DNA of 64,000 nt, from IMG/VR virus record IMGVR_UViG_3300045988_055837; one strand, written 5' to 3'. How positions within the stretch are numbered: position 1 is the first letter of the stretch; every line of letters starts with the position of its first letter. Both the position numbers and the translations under genes were made by a program. The stretch is from a virus. Shown piece after piece: positions 1-14,214 of this stretch. The notes under the pieces were generated by a model. The model was not told the DNA's origin. It saw only the letters and a list, made by a program, of their open reading frames with translations, and searched no databases.

Positions 1-1758
1 AAAGTAAATGAAGCATATCAAGTATCTGCTTGGTATAACAAACTTCAGCAAGACATCGACAATACCACTAACTCCGCGCATAAAGAAAGATTAAAAGCTC
101 TCCAAGAAGAGATTAATCAACGCAGAGAAGGTAATAAGCTATCTCAGTATGACCTTGATATTCTCAATGCTAAATACCAGGTATTACAGGCTTAGATGGC
201 TCTTGAGGATGCTCAAAACGCTAAGAACCAAATTCAGTTAGTAAGAGACAGTCAAGGTAACTGGAACTACCAATATACTGCTAACCAAGATGATATAGCC
301 AATGCTCAGCAAAATCTTCTTGATGCAGAGAATGATTGGTATAATATCGCTAAACAACAGGTAACTGATGTAACGGGCGAGATTGTTTCCACTTGGCAAG
401 AGTGTCAGGATAAGATTAAAGACATCTACTCCGATATGACACTTACTGACGAAGAACGCTCCGCGCAGGCGCAAGAAATCTATAAGTATTATAGCGAAAA
501 GATTAAGTATCTCGAAGAAGAGAAGCAAAACGCGATCGCTGATATGACAGAAGCAGGTAATAAGAACCTGATTGATAACGCGATTATCACAGGTGATACT
601 ATTACCGACTTAACTGGCATTACCACAGAAGAATTGAAGCAATTAGTAGCCGATTCTGGTGAAAGTATTGCTGATATTTTGATGAAGAATAGCGAACAGC
701 TAAAAGAGATTGCGGGCAACAATACCGATCTTATCGACAAGTTCAATAATACTTATGCCAAGGATCTTGACGACATGACTCAAAATACAACGAATTTTGA
801 GGATGAACTCCGCAAGTTATTAGATCAAGCACAGCAAGATTTTGATAACTATAAGGATAAGGTTCAAAATGTTGCTTCTGAAACTGGTACTATTCTTGAT
901 AATTTGGCACAAGAAACTGATAAGGTTTCTGAAGCTACTGATCAATTAAGAGAGCGCGGCGATGAAGCTAAGGATACTTTGTGGAATATGATTGATGCGG
1001 CTCAAAATGCTTCTGATGGTTATTTAGAGTTAGCGCAATCCATCTGGGATACCGTTGAAGCATTGCGTGCTCTTGCTTCTCAACAAGCTCAATTTGCAGC
1101 ATCTTCTTCTTCTAAAGGTAATTCTAGTAAGGGCTATGATCCAAATACCGATTATTCTGGTGTTATTATGGATGGTATTGCTAATGGATGGTTAGAATAT
1201 GGAAGTAAAGAATATAAAGAATTAACAAGTCAACGTGAAAATAAAATTGATGATATGGGATTAACAAAAGAATATTTTGGAACTCGTGGCGATGCGGCAG
1301 ATAACCGTTATAAAGATTCTACTTCTGTTGGCCAATATGAAAGTGAAGAAGAATGGAAGAAAAAAATGCAAGCATTGGGCGTTCCTGGATTTGCTACTGG
1401 TGGATATACTGGTATATTTGATGACGCGAAACTTGCTTTCCTTCATCAAAAGGAATTGGTATTAAATCAAAGTGATACCGAGAATATTCTTGCAGCAGTC
1501 CAAGCTGTAAGAACTATCGGCCCTGATTTGTTTAAGTCTATTGAGAAATCTCTTGACGGTAATGCAATTGCGGCAATGGCTCTTATGGGTTAGAAGCTCA
1601 ATCCAGTCGCTACTACACCAATTCAAGATTCTATTGAGCAAACTGTTCATATTGATAAAGTAGAGTTCCCGAACGTGACTAGCCGCACTGAAATTGAGGA
1701 AGCATTTATTAGTCTTACTAATGATGCTGCACAGTGGGCCAGAAGAAAGACTTAATAA
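1..1758 (+). CDS. Tail tape-measure protein, 5'-truncated. Q-rich coiled-coil repeats. Reads through TAG at 193-195 and 1591-1593 and stops at tandem TAA TAA.
   Basis: Frame 1 is open from base 1. Coiled-coil, Gln/Asn/Asp-rich periodic sequence typical of tape-measure proteins. Position immediately upstream of the distal tail genes. Frame continues across TAG. Confidence 0.55.
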
Positions 1759-1792
1759 GGAGAGCTTTTTAGCTCTCCTTATTAAAGGAGTG
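1759..1792 (+). terminator. Stem-loop aggagagc-ttttta-gctctcct after the tape-measure gene
   Basis: Inverted repeat seen in sequence directly after TAA TAA, followed by a ribosome-binding site for the next gene. Confidence 0.35.
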
Positions 1793-1805
1793 AAAGGAGA
1801 TAGAC

Positions 1806-4800
1806 ATGAATAATATATCTGAACAGCTATTACAGGCTATGGATATTATTACGGAAGAAAAGGTAAGATAGTTAAAATATGATAAAACTATCCAAGCCAC
1901 CGTTTATTCTATTGTAGATGTAGATACTGGAGAATACAAAGTTAGATATAACGGGAATATCTTTTCCGCATTTAGTGAGGATACTAGTAAAAGCTATTCT
2001 ATTAAAGACGTGGTTTATGTCAAGGTGCCAGAAGGTAATTTTTCTAATAAGAAGTTGATTACTTCCTTGATGACTGCGAAGTCTTTATCTAATGCTTAGT
2101 TATCTGATTTAACCAATTCTGTATTTGAAGTATCTCCTACTTTTGATGCATTGTATGATGGAGCTTATGACGCTTCACAAAGTTACGGAGTAATTGCGGG
2201 AACGCCAGTTGGAGAGATCGGAAGTTCTATTTATATTTTTCAAAATAGTGAGGAATATGAGTAGAATGGATATCACGGTTTATTCCAATAGTATTCTAAT
2301 AATTATGAATATATTCGCTTGAAAGCGTCTTTTTTAACTTAGTTCCATAATGTCCATAATCAAGGTAATTATGGTATTGAAGTTGAGTTTTATACCAAGG
2401 ATAATAGTAGTGTAAAATATAGATTAGATCTCTAGAACTTTAATGGCAATCCTTATGGATTCTCAGTCTATTCTCCGCAGTAGATTATCCTTAAGGCGCA
2501 GAAGAACTATTTAATGGGACTTAAATCTATTAGACTCTTTGAAGAAGACTTTGTCTATGATAAAATTGTTAAGAATGGCATAGTTACAGATGAAGAGAAT
2601 AGAACTGTTGCTAATATTTTTGTAAAAGATATTTCCCTTTAGTATGTTGATATGCAGGATTTAAGTGATACGATTTATTATCTCACGATTTCTGCCCCCA
2701 AAGGTATTGCCTTTACGGATAAAGTATCTAGCTTGAATTTAGTTGGACGCTTAATTTATAATGGCGAAGATATTATGGATAGCAAGAAATGTGTTTGTCA
2801 ATGGTATGAGAGAGATTTAAGCGTGGTTGTTGGCAGCGATGAATATAGCAAGTCCGCAGGTTTCGGATGGAGGAAAATTGACGGGCAAACATCTAGCTCT
2901 CTTACTCTTGATGCAACTGATATTCTATATCAATAGAAGTATAAATTAGTAGTCGTCTATAATGATAGCATTACTCTAACTGCGGAAATCGCTGTATGGA
3001 ATCGTAATGCAAGTTATGATTATTCTATTGAGCAAGTTACTGATGGTGCTGATATTAAACTACAGATTAGAAATAATGTTGATAGTGAGTCTTTGGTGGG
3101 AGATTGGTATTTATCTTATCCAGACAATAGTTACAGCTCTGTGCCGGAAGGAGAAAAGAAGTCCGAGATTGTCGTAAGTTCTTATTTGCAATACAGTTCT
3201 GTGACTTTCTATTGCATGGTATATAATTCTGCGGGAGAGTTTATCGGAACTTTAGAACATACTATTGTGAATAGTGAGAGCGAAGATGATGTAACTATTA
3301 GTTACATCGGTGAAGATTCCTTTAGATACGATGCTAATGGCGATATTTCTATTGAAGACGCAGAGAAAGAAAGAACTCTATAGGTTAATCTAGCATGGAA
3401 GGAAGGATTTGGTACTTCTTATTTCGTGTCTTGGTTAATGAAAGATGCGAATAATAAAGAGTACGAGATCCCTACCTCTAAAGAGCTTGCTTATAGTCCG
3501 GACAACTCTATGCTTGAGAATATTTGGGTTGACAAATATAATATTTTACACTACAATATTAAATAGAAGTATAGAGTTAATTTCAGTAATAATACAGTTA
3601 TTGTAAAAATAAGAACGATTACAGAATCTATTTATCTATTTAATAAAGAGATTCTTTGTTTGAAAGATGGCGACTAGGGAACTAATGGTACTACCTATAT
3701 TACCGCGATTCGTCCATGTAATTCAGACGGCGTAAAGTTAAGTGGATTACAGCCTTTAAGATATAATAATGGATGGACTAATGATATTAGGGTTCGTTGT
3801 TATGTTTATAAAGATGGAGAATTGATTAACGGTAATAGTAAGTATTCTATTACATATAAATGGCAAGGAACAAATGTCACAGTAGAGAACAAAGAAATGG
3901 TTACTGATTCCGTTGATCGAGTTCTAGTGCGCGGTATACCTACGATTTCCGCAGATACCCCTAATGCAGAGTTAGCTTTCTATGTGAGAGTTCAAGTTAC
4001 TATTAAAGATGATAATAGCTCGGTTGATATCTACGCTTCTTATCCTCTTGATGTTATCGTTGGTTCTACCTTGGCGAGTGCTATTAATATTGATACTATT
4101 CCGTCTTATATCAAATATAATTCTTCTGGTTTAACTCCCTCTTTCTATAGTAACGATATTAACTTCTATTATAATGATGTAGCTTATAATGATAACATTA
4201 CCTCGTTAAACACCAATATCCTTACTATTAAGACAGATAATGGTAAGAAATATTTAGAACCAGCTTCTAGCTTTATCTTTGAGAATATTAAGGATAATGA
4301 TTAGAGCAATATCGGTGTATTAAATCTTGCTATTCCAAATAGTAACGATAGATTAATTCATCCAATTATTATGTATCTTGATACTTATGGTAATGAAGCT
4401 ATCAACGGTTGGGATGGAACAGCTCTTGATACTGGCGATGGAGAATATGTATTCGCTCCACAGGTTGGTGCAGGAACAAAAGATAGCCAAAATAGATTTA
4501 CAGGCGTAGTCATGGGTAAAGATAGTGGCCAAGATAAAGTGGGTTTATATGGCTATCAGGAGGGCGTTAATACTTTCGGTTTAATGGAAGACGGTACCGC
4601 GTTCTTCGGAGCTTCTAGCGGAGGCGGCCGCATTGAGATTAACGGTAAATCTGGTTCTATTAAAGGCGGCGGTGGAGGAAATAATTCCACTGGTATGACT
4701 ATCAATTTTGCCGATCTTAATCCTGGCAATAATACTACTGCAATCAAGATAGGTGGAGGAGTTTTTGAAGTTACATATAATGGTGCTTTAAAAGCAACCT

Positions 4801-5696
4801 CTGCGACTATTGAAGGTTAGATTTTTGCTCAGTCTGGTAAGATTGGTTGTACTAGCAGAAATAGTAATGATGGTTGGACTATCGAGAAGAATAAATTATA
4901 TAGTGGAAGTGGAGCAACAAGAGTAGAACTAAATAGTGATAAGGATGAAGAATTTGCTATTTGGGCAGGTGCTACAAGTTCGACTTCTGCACGAGATAGC
5001 TATTTTGCAGTTTCTAAAAAAGGTTCTCTCTACGCTAAGCAAGGTAATATTGGCGGATGGATTCTTAAGAGTAAATCTCTTTCTAGCAATAACAATAAAA
5101 TTGGTATGGCTAGCTCTGGTTCTTATGTATTTTGGTCTGGTGCAAATACCGGTAATCCAGGTGATACTCCAGATTTTAGCAATAGTGGTACCTACTTCTA
5201 TGTTACTAATAGCGGAAAACTCTCTTGTAAGAACGCAGAAGTGCGTGGTAACATTACCGCAGATAGCCTTGAATGTGATAATGGTGAGATCGGTGGATGG
5301 ACTATTAGTAGTAATTCTCTACGAGGCGGAAGCACTTATCTATATTCTAGTGGTCGAATTGTTTGTGATGACCTTAACTGTGATGGTGGCAATATCGGTG
5401 GATGGACAATTGGAGAAGATTCAATTTCTGCTAGTGGCACTATTTTACAAAGTGATGGTAACATTTATACTAGGTTAGGTAGAATTGGTCTGGTCGAAGG
5501 AGAAGATAGCCAAGGTACTACTTATAACTTTGGAATGTAGGCAACTGGCGGTAATGGAAGTGTTATCATTCAAGCGACATATGGCAATGGTAACGTAGCT
5601 CTACGTGCCGCGAATTATATTATCTTAAATGGTAATAGACTTACTTGCACAGTGCCAGCAGCTAATCAGTCTGGTATTTATGCAAGATTTGCTTAA
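1806..5696 (+). CDS. Giant tail or baseplate protein of about 1296 aa with many in-frame TAG codons. Repeated IGGWTI motifs and Gly-rich beta regions near the C-terminus. Candidate distal-tail or host-recognition protein.
   Basis: Ribosome-binding site ggagatagac then ATG at 1806. One frame stays open across track ORFs 2652, 3093, 3822, 4371 and 5106. About 3.9 kb without TAA/TGA in AT-rich DNA. Terminates at TAA 5694-5696. Confidence 0.6.
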
Positions 5697-5709
5697 GGAG
5701 GGATAAATA

Positions 5710-6543
5710 ATGCCGAGTGCTTCTCTTACTTTTGTCAGTGCAAGTCGTTCTAGTGTGCGAATTGAGTATGATGGAAGTGGGTGGTATATCCCTGCCAATG
5801 GACCTGAACACAGTTCTGGATGGTCTACTATAACAAGCACAGATACTAGACAAGTTCAGTAGAAAACCGTCACTCAGGTAGTTTATGATGTTGCTGGTTG
5901 TACTACTACTTGGCATTGGAGTTTTACTGGTGGTAATGGTGGTTCTAGTTCTGTTAAGACTGGAACCATTACCATTGGCGGAATGACAGCAGGATCGAGA
6001 GGTAGTGTCACAGGAAGGCTCTCAGCGACAAGAAGTGCAAAACAAAAAAAAGAAGTTTATACACGCACTCGAACTCGTACTAAAACGACAGTAAAAGATG
6101 ATAAAGGAAATACTACTACTAAGTATGGAGAGTGGAGCGATTGGAGTGAATCGGGTCCAAGAACAACATATAGCTCTGCTAGCAGTAAAAATTTAGGCTC
6201 TGCATCTGATACTTTGGTATTTTATACTAAGCCAGCTGAGTTTTCATGGGGTAGTGGTGTAGACACTGATAAAACTATTTAGGTATCTGGTGGACTTTCA
6301 GCTAGTAAGTGGAATACCTTGGTTGCTAGAGTAGAATAGCGGAAGAACTGGGAAAATTAGTCTGGCAGAGCTAATTATAGTGATGCGGAGGTTAGCTCTG
6401 GTGAATTAGTAACAGCCGCTAAATATAATATTTTAGCTAGAGCACTTGGCGTAAGCCAAGTGACAGCACACACCGATAGAACTACTGGCACACTTATTAC
6501 CGCTGATGTATTTATTGCATTATAGACTGCGGTTAATGCATGA
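5710..6543 (+). CDS. Hypothetical structural protein of about 277 aa. Ser/Thr-rich. Reads through 6 TAG codons.
   Basis: Ribosome-binding site ggagggataaat then ATG at 5710. Frame joins track ORF 5983..6282. Stops at TGA 6541-6543. Confidence 0.5.
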
Positions 6544-6559
6544 GTTAAAGGAGATAACC

Positions 6560-6922
6560 ATGTTAAATAAAGATATTGTCACGATGTATCGTGGGTTAAC
6601 AAGCTTGGCTTCCGATCTGGAAACCAAGCTTCCCGCGAAGGTATCATTTGCTATTGTTAGGAATATTAAGCTTTTAACTCCTATTGTTGAAGATATTGAT
6701 TTTGCTCGTCAATCAGTTGCAGCAACTTATGGAGTAGAAGTCGATGGTGGATACAGTATTCCTGAATAGCAAATAGATACAGTTAATTAGGAGTTAACTG
6801 CGATTGCGGAAACAGAAGTTGATGTTCCTATTGTTAAAGTTAAAATGTCAGATATTGAGAACTTGAATATCTCTGTTGGTATCGCAGAAGCTCTTGAGTT
6901 TATGATAGAGGAAGAGGTTTAA
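6560..6922 (+). CDS. Hypothetical protein of about 120 aa with 2 in-frame TAG
   Basis: Ribosome-binding site aaaggagataacc then ATG at 6560. Stops at TAA. Confidence 0.45.
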
Positions 6923-6945
6923 GTCTCTTCCTCTTTTCTTTTTGC
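6896..6945 (+). terminator. Rho-independent terminator: stem gaggaagag / ctcttcctc followed by a T-run
   Basis: Inverted repeat plus tcttttctttttgc seen in sequence. Confidence 0.45.
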
Positions 6946-7019
6946 TTGGACGGATTTAATTATCTTAACCAAAGCAATTTTTATAATATATAGAGTTAGA
7001 GAAAAAGGAGGCGCGGAAT

Positions 7020-9761
7020 ATGCCAATTAGTATTTATCCGCCTACTTTATAGAGTACATAGCCTGCATTTTTAGCCACTACGCCGGACTATGAAATCAAA
7101 TATACTCTATAGAAGGTGACAAGTGCCGAGACTATTAAACATATTCAAATCCGAGTAGTTGAATAGCGCTCAAATTCTAGCATTGTAAATACTTCGAAAT
7201 ACCCAGACAATATTATCTATAAGAATGTGGATTTGACTAAAGAGTCTAGCCCTTATGGAATTAAAATCCTAACTGCGGACTTGCGGAAATCTTGGTCACC
7301 AGGCGTGTGTTATAAGATTCAGTTACGCTTTGGATCTACTAGCTTTCCTACTGACTTAAGTTCTTTTGCCGCATGGAAGAAAGAATAGATTAACAATCAG
7401 ACTTTCTCTGAGTGGTCTACTGTCATGATCATTAAAGCTATCGCGCAACCAGAAATTTATATCGAGAATGCCGGTACTTTAAGAACAGATGTTATTGCTA
7501 GTAAGTAGACAGAGGCTAGCTTAACTCCATTATTTGTAGGAGATTATATTGATAATGCTTCTGAGGAACCGTTGGAGAAATATAAGTTTGATCTATATGA
7601 TGAAACTGGAACAGATTTAATCGAGTCATCAGATTGGATTCAAGCAGTTAGCGGTAAGAATAACTCTTATCGGTTTAAGACTATGTTGACAAATAACGAG
7701 TCTTATAAAGTTTATTTTTCTATTGTAACGCGCAACGGATATGAAGCAAGAGTATTCTATGACTTCCAAGCTGTTAAAGTATATTTAGAAGCATTAGAAG
7801 GCGTAACAATGCGTGTAGATGATACAGATGTCTATTGTCGTGAAAACGGTTGTATGCGAATTTATCTAACCGCAAAGAATCCATTAACTGGATGTTATGT
7901 ACTTACTCGTGCATCTGAGGAGAGTAATTATCAAGTATATGAGGATTTAAAGTATTTTAATTACTTTGAAGAAACTCTTAATGATAACCTAATTTATACA
8001 GATTTTATTATCGAGAGTGGCGTCAAATACAAGTATGCTTTCTAGTATCAAAACTCTCAAGGATTGCGGAGCGCGCCTTTACAGGAAAATGGTTCTCCTA
8101 TTCCAGCGAGAAGTGTTGACTTTGAATACTCTTATCTATATAGAGATGGAGTATAGTTGCGTTTGAAGTATAATCAAAAGCTCAGTAGCTTTAAGCATAC
8201 GGTACTAGCGAGCAAGCAAGATACCCTCGGAGACCAATTCCCGCATTTAGCGAAGAATGGTTATGCTTATTATGCCGAGTTTCCAATTAGCGGTTTAATT
8301 AGCTTCTAGATGGATGAAGACTAGACCTTTTTTACTTTAGGGACAGATGGTTATTATTATAATAATGAGTTGGTAATCCCTAAAGATAAGTTTAGTATGT
8401 CTACTGCGGCGAGAGGAGAGATTACAGCTCCTTCTTATCTTGCTATTGATACTAATATTACCGATGATAATATTTTTATAGAGCGTAAGTTTAGAGAGAA
8501 AGCTGAATAGTTCCTTAATGACTTTACTTATAAACTCTATAAATCTCCAACTGAGGGAAACATTATTGTTGGCCTAATGAATGTATCAATGACACCTAAT
8601 GCATCCCTAGGGCGTATGATTTTTGAGTTCTCTGCTACTGCTTATGAAGTTTTAGAGAATACGCTTGAAAATCTTAACGAGATTGGCATTACTGATATTG
8701 GAGTTTTTAGTAATGAAGTATCTACCGAAGAACAATCTGCATTTGGTCAGATTAGTGGTATCTATTCAGGATGTCCTGAAGGAGATGATATCTATGCTTT
8801 AATTAAGCAATAGGAAGAGATTGTTGTTGGCGATGGTCGATATAAGTTGTCTCTTATTAATGTCGATTCCTTCTGGATTGAGAGATATCCAACTATTGAC
8901 TTTGATGGTAAGATTTATGAGTTAGAGGCAAAGAAGGCTGAACAAGAGCAAGCTGGAGAAGATACTAAAGAGACAGAAGCTGAACTTACTCGTTGGGCGG
9001 CACTAAAAGAAGCCGCAAGTAATGCTCCATCTTCTGCGGTTAAACTTGCTGTTAATGGAACTGATATTATTGTAGCTCCAAATAGGTTATATAGTGTCAG
9101 AGAGGGCGTCAGCTCTTTAACTATGAAATCTGTTAAATATCCCATTATTGTGAATTATGTCTGCTCTTTAACAAGAGAAAGAAATGATGAAGTCGGTGAA
9201 GTAGAATCTATTGATACTTCCCGTATTTGGGGCTAGATTTCTGGTATCTTCAGCGGAACTGATAAAGTCTTAAAGAACTATAAGTATTACTATGGACCTG
9301 GCGAGACTCCGTATCGTATCTATAGTGATTCTACTGTGGAAGAAGATAAGTTGGGTCGTATCTTGGTAGATAATACGAACTATAATGTTTATAAGACTAT
9401 CAATCTATATGATATTATAGAAGAAGAAACTCGTAAGCAAGTAGAGTTTATCTATAATATTCAAGGTGGATTTGAGCAAGATGAAGATGGTAAATGGACA
9501 GATGGAATTATCTATTATTCCTTCTCTGATATTACCTCCTTCGACATTGAAGCAGACCCGCAAACCATCCTATATATCGGCCAAGAAAAAGATGGTAGCG
9601 ATAAGCATCCAGTTATGCTCGGTCCAACTGGTCGATATACCCTTAGCCCGATGGATGGTATGATTAAGTATATTGCTTTATAGAAACCACAATTTGCGGT
9701 TATTAACTATAAATGCCTAACCGCGCAGACAACAATGAAGTATAGCAAAGAAAGGAGTTAA
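7020..9761 (+). CDS. Large tail or baseplate protein of about 913 aa with more than 20 in-frame TAG
   Basis: Ribosome-binding site aaaaaggagg then ATG at 7020. One frame joins track ORFs 7572, 8577, 8847 and 9336. Terminates at TAA 9759-9761. Confidence 0.55.
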
Positions 9762-9766
9762 TATTC

Positions 9767-11671
9767 ATGTTTGAGTATCTTAATGACATGGATTTTCTAA
9801 CCTAGTTAGATAAACTGCATATGCGAGTATAGTATGCAAAGATTATCCTCCTTTCTTTCAAGGACGAAGAACCTATTAAAGAGATTTAGGGTTCTATCAC
9901 GAGTGGCAACTTGAGCGTTAATGGTTCTTCCGCAATTAGAAGAACCATTAACCTTACTATGCTTGCTTCTATTGATAATAGTAATCTTGAGGATATTGAT
10001 AATGAGATTTCTATTAACAAGAAGATTAAAGTTTTAATTGGTTATGATAATCCATTAAAGTCTTATAAGAATTATGGAGATATTATTTGGTTTCCTTGCG
10101 GCTTGTTTGTTCTATCTTCTGCCAATATTAGTCGCTCTACCAGCGGTTGGAATATTTCTATTACTGGTAAAGATAAAATGTGTCTATTGGATGGAACCGC
10201 GGGCGGCACCTTGCCGGCGTCAGTAACCTTCCATGAAAGTCTTGTTTAGCTTGATAATGGAGACGTAGAGATTCAATATCCTACTATCTTTCAAATTATC
10301 TATGAAGCGGTAAATCACTGGGGTGGAGAAGCTATTGAGAATATTATCATTACTGACATTGATGAAGAGATTAAGATGTTAGTAAGATATATGGGAGATA
10401 AGCCAGTATATTTCTCCAATGACTACTAGAGTTTAAGCTTTGAAGCGCAAGCAGATTATCCGCATATGTTTAGTTATGGACAAGATGCTGGATATAAGTA
10501 TACCGACTTTACCTATCCAGGAGAGTTGGTATTAAATGCAGGAGACACGGTAGTAACTCTATTAGACAAGATTGTTAGCACTCTTGGCAATTATGAATAT
10601 TTCTATAATATAGATGGCAAGTTCGTATTTCAAGAGATTAAGAATTATCTTAATACCGGCAGTCCGCTATTAGAGTTAAGTCCAGAAGATTATGTACGGT
10701 CATATAATAATGCAAAGTTTTTATACTCGCTTACCGATCTTGACACGACAACCGCGATTACCCGCAATCCTAAGTATGATAATGTGAAGAATGACTTTTA
10801 TGTTTGGGGCAAGCGTAAGACTTCAACAGGCGTAGAGGTGTCTATCCGTTATCATCTTGCTATTGATGATAAGCCAGATATTGACTTAGCTATGTAGAAT
10901 ATGTGGGAAGTCAAAGATAAAGAATCTAACCTTATTGTGCGTTATGATTTCAATACTCTTGATGAATACAGCGTGGATGGTTATGTAGTTACCTTAGTAG
11001 GTACTCCATGCGACGAGTGGAGAGAAGAGCTATACCGTCGTGCTCTTAATGCTTAGGTATCTAATAGTGTCTATGATAACTATTATGATTCAGAGCTAAT
11101 TGCGGAGTGGCGTAATCTATATAATCCAATGAACAAGAATTGGGATGCTACAAATCATTGGAACCCAGATGTATTTAATGACCCAGGTTCTATTAACTTC
11201 TGGCTAGATTTTATAGATACTAGTTCCGCTCTCGGTAAGTATTCTATTAAGAATATTGGCCGTAGGACTAAAGTCGTTAATAATAATGACATAAAAACCG
11301 TATATAATAGCGAAGTTCCTGATGTTGTATTTATTGAAGGATTAGATTAGGACTTGATTGTTAAATATCAAGGGATTGGTTAGAGATTCTTTATTCTAAC
11401 CAATGAATACTATGATATGTTTTCAATAAGCACTACTGGAACTAGTTGCTTTGACCAAATTCGAGAAATGATGTATTAGAATTTATGTTATAATACTACT
11501 ATTTCTTTAACCTGTTTGCCGAAATATTATATAGAGCCTAATAATATAATTAGGGTTGAAGATAAAGATAGCAATATCTATGGTAATTATCAAATTACTC
11601 AATATTCTCTACCTCTTACTTATAATGGCACTATGAGTATTACTGCAACAGAAGTTTTAACACGAGTATAA
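9767..11671 (+). CDS. Baseplate or tail protein of about 634 aa. TAG-rich.
   Basis: Ribosome-binding site aaaggagttaatattc then ATG at 9767. Frame joins track ORFs 9911, 10466 and 11129. Stops at TAA 11669-11671. Confidence 0.5.
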
Positions 11672-11684
11672 GGAGGAGAGGGCG

Positions 11685-12263
11685 ATGTCTACTATTGGAC
11701 AAATCTACTATCGTGTAGTAGATACAAGTAGCACTGGCGATGGAAAACATTATATTTCCTCTGGAATTGATATTTACAATGATATTGTAAGTGCTTCTAG
11801 TGCCAAATAGTTTACCAAAGTTGGTATTCAGGCTCCACCGGGAGCGCAAGTTGTCATGAATGCTAGCAAGACTATCATGATCGGCCGCACTGGTATTTAT
11901 GAGCTTGATGAAGATATTGTTATTACAAGTATGAAATTCGTTCGTCCTACAGTTTATATTAAAGACGAGGAAGAATCAGAAAGTAAGAAACAAGAAGGCG
12001 AGAAGATTATCAAGGAGGCTAAGGCGGCTCTTGAGGCCGCTATCGCTGCATTGGGAGAAAAGCCTACTGATCCAACTTCTGATGCTTATAAAACCTATTG
12101 GAATGGATATAATGAAGCCAATGAGACTTACATTGCTGCATTTCAAAAAGGTAGTGCAATTTTAAATCAAGGTCTAAATGGAGTTTACAAGGAAGATAAA
12201 ACTGTTATTGGCGAGTTAGATAACGTGATTGTAGACTTTATTTACGATCCACTCTAGGGATAA
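11685..12263 (+). CDS. Hypothetical tail-associated protein of about 192 aa
   Basis: Ribosome-binding site aaggaggagaggg then ATG at 11685. Joins track ORF 11856..12257 through TAG. Stops at TAA 12261-12263. Confidence 0.45.
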
Positions 12264-12275
12264 GGAGGTATAGAC

Positions 12276-14195
12276 ATGCAATCTTTCTACGGAGGTCCTG
12301 CTGGACAGAGCTTCGAGATTAAAAAGATATTTGAGTCTTATTACGGTCCTGATGGAGCGCAAGTTGACTTAGATAAAGGATGGGCATCTCCTATCTCTGT
12401 GGGCGAATTTGTTATGGTGTCTTATGGCTTGCCATCTGACGCTACATACATGACTCGCATGAACTATGACTTAAATGCGGGTGACAAGAAAAACTTAAAC
12501 TCTACTTTATGGTAGAAAGTATATGACGAGTCTGCGGGAGAAGGAAGTGGCCTTAGCTATAAGCTCATTTCTTCTTGCACCGGTAATACTCCAAAGATTA
12601 GTATTACAAAACCCGCAATCGTGCTTCATGCGAATGAACAGCCAGACATTGAAACTGATTTATCTAACCAAGATATGCCAGTTATTCAATTTAAGTTGCC
12701 AAGAGCATAGGTATTGTCAATGCCGCAAGAAGCAACCGTTTTAAATGCGGATGAAAAGCCAAGTGTTGAATATAACGATGATGATATTGACCACCCAACC
12801 GTGCATTTTAATATTCCGCAGTCTCAAGTAATTGATTAGGTTACAGTTGATGTGATTGGTGTTGGGGAAGAACCAAAGGTCAGACTTGACTTAACTGATA
12901 TTAACCGACCTGTACTTAAATTCCAACTACCTGTAGCTCAGGAATTTTTAGACAGTAACATTCTTCACGAAGTATTAAATGCTAATGCTGAGCCAACTGT
13001 AAGTTTTGGTTATAGCGAAGAAGATACTCTTCACAAGCATCCTATCTTGACATTCTCTCTGCCTCGTAGCCAAGTAATGGCTGCACCAGAGACGATTACT
13101 AGAGCGCCAGACTTTGAGCCTAAAGTAACTAATGTTGGAACGGTCAATGAACCTAAATTACATTTTGAATTGCCTCGTGCGGTTAAGTTCTATTATGGTA
13201 GCTTGTTAGGGCAAAGAACCAATAAAACATATACTCTTACCGATCCACTTTTCGCCAATTATGGAGTTGGAGATTACTATATCAATGAAGCTACTGGTTT
13301 TATTTATAAAGTAACTAGTAAGACAGATGATACTACTTGTGTCTTTGAATATCAAGCAAGTATTCAGCAACCGCTACCAGTGGTCAACGCTAGTGCTATC
13401 GCTCCTTATATCGAAGGTGACGAAGGATTTAAACCTGCGGTTCCGCAAGTTGAAAGGAAACTAACAAACGCGGAAGGTACCGAATGGCAGCTTGAATTTA
13501 AGCTTCCATAGGCTCCGAAGCCCGCGGTTTCTTCTACTTTTGTTGGTTCGACAGAGCAAGGGTCTGTCACTTCTGCTATTACTAGTGAAGACACAGTAAC
13601 CTTTACTTTCAAGATTCCAACTGGTAGTAAGCTATTTGCAGGTCTTGAGATTACTGCTGATGGAGCAACTACTGCTATTGATGGCGCTAGAATTGGAGAT
13701 ATTTATCTCAATAGCGAAACCGGTGTTTTATATACTTTAACCGCTAATGGATGGAAAGCTAGTGAGAAGAGTATTAAAGGTCCTGTTGGGGATGCTCTTA
13801 ATATTGAAGCTGAATATCATTTAACTGAAACTGCGGAGTTTGCTGCTAGTTTAGCCAATGGTGTCACCTATATTCAGGAACACTATTCTGGTACTATTGA
13901 TTCTCATAAAATCTTTGCTATTACTTGGGCTTTGCTTGGTAATGGCGGAGATGTATCTTACTGGTATTATAAAACTAATGCTGGTGAGTGGGATAGAGCG
14001 CAATTAACTGGTGGCGTTTCTAGTTTAATTGAGCAGTCTTACAAGGAAAATGTTGACAATAAGACTTACTCAATCAATTATATTAACTCGCTAATTGGCG
14101 GCGACGGAGATACATCAAAAACGGCTTATTCTAAAGATTAGGTATAGAGCCTTGTTTCATGGGGATCTTTCCAAGACCTTATAGAAAAGCCTTGA
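12276..14195 (+). CDS. Tail-fibre-like protein of about 639 aa. The N-terminal half is built from tandem ~40-aa repeats of a PxxxFxLP(R/V)xQ motif.
   Basis: Ribosome-binding site taaggaggtatagac then ATG at 12276. Repeats seen directly: VIQFKLPRAQ, VHFNIPQSQV, LKFQLPVAQE, LTFSLPRSQV, LHFELPRAVK. Stops at TGA 14193-14195. Confidence 0.5.
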
Positions 14196-14214
14196 TTAAA
14201 GGGAGGATTTAATA

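Noticed and set aside
4936-5478. 180-aa hydrophobic + ORF inside the giant tail gene (also 28500-28856, 36974-37642, 45477-46004, 51866-52402, 54316-54819, 62571-63134)
   Set aside because: Alternative-frame or antisense ORFs overlapping well-supported genes. Amino-acid composition is typical of AT-rich frame artefacts.
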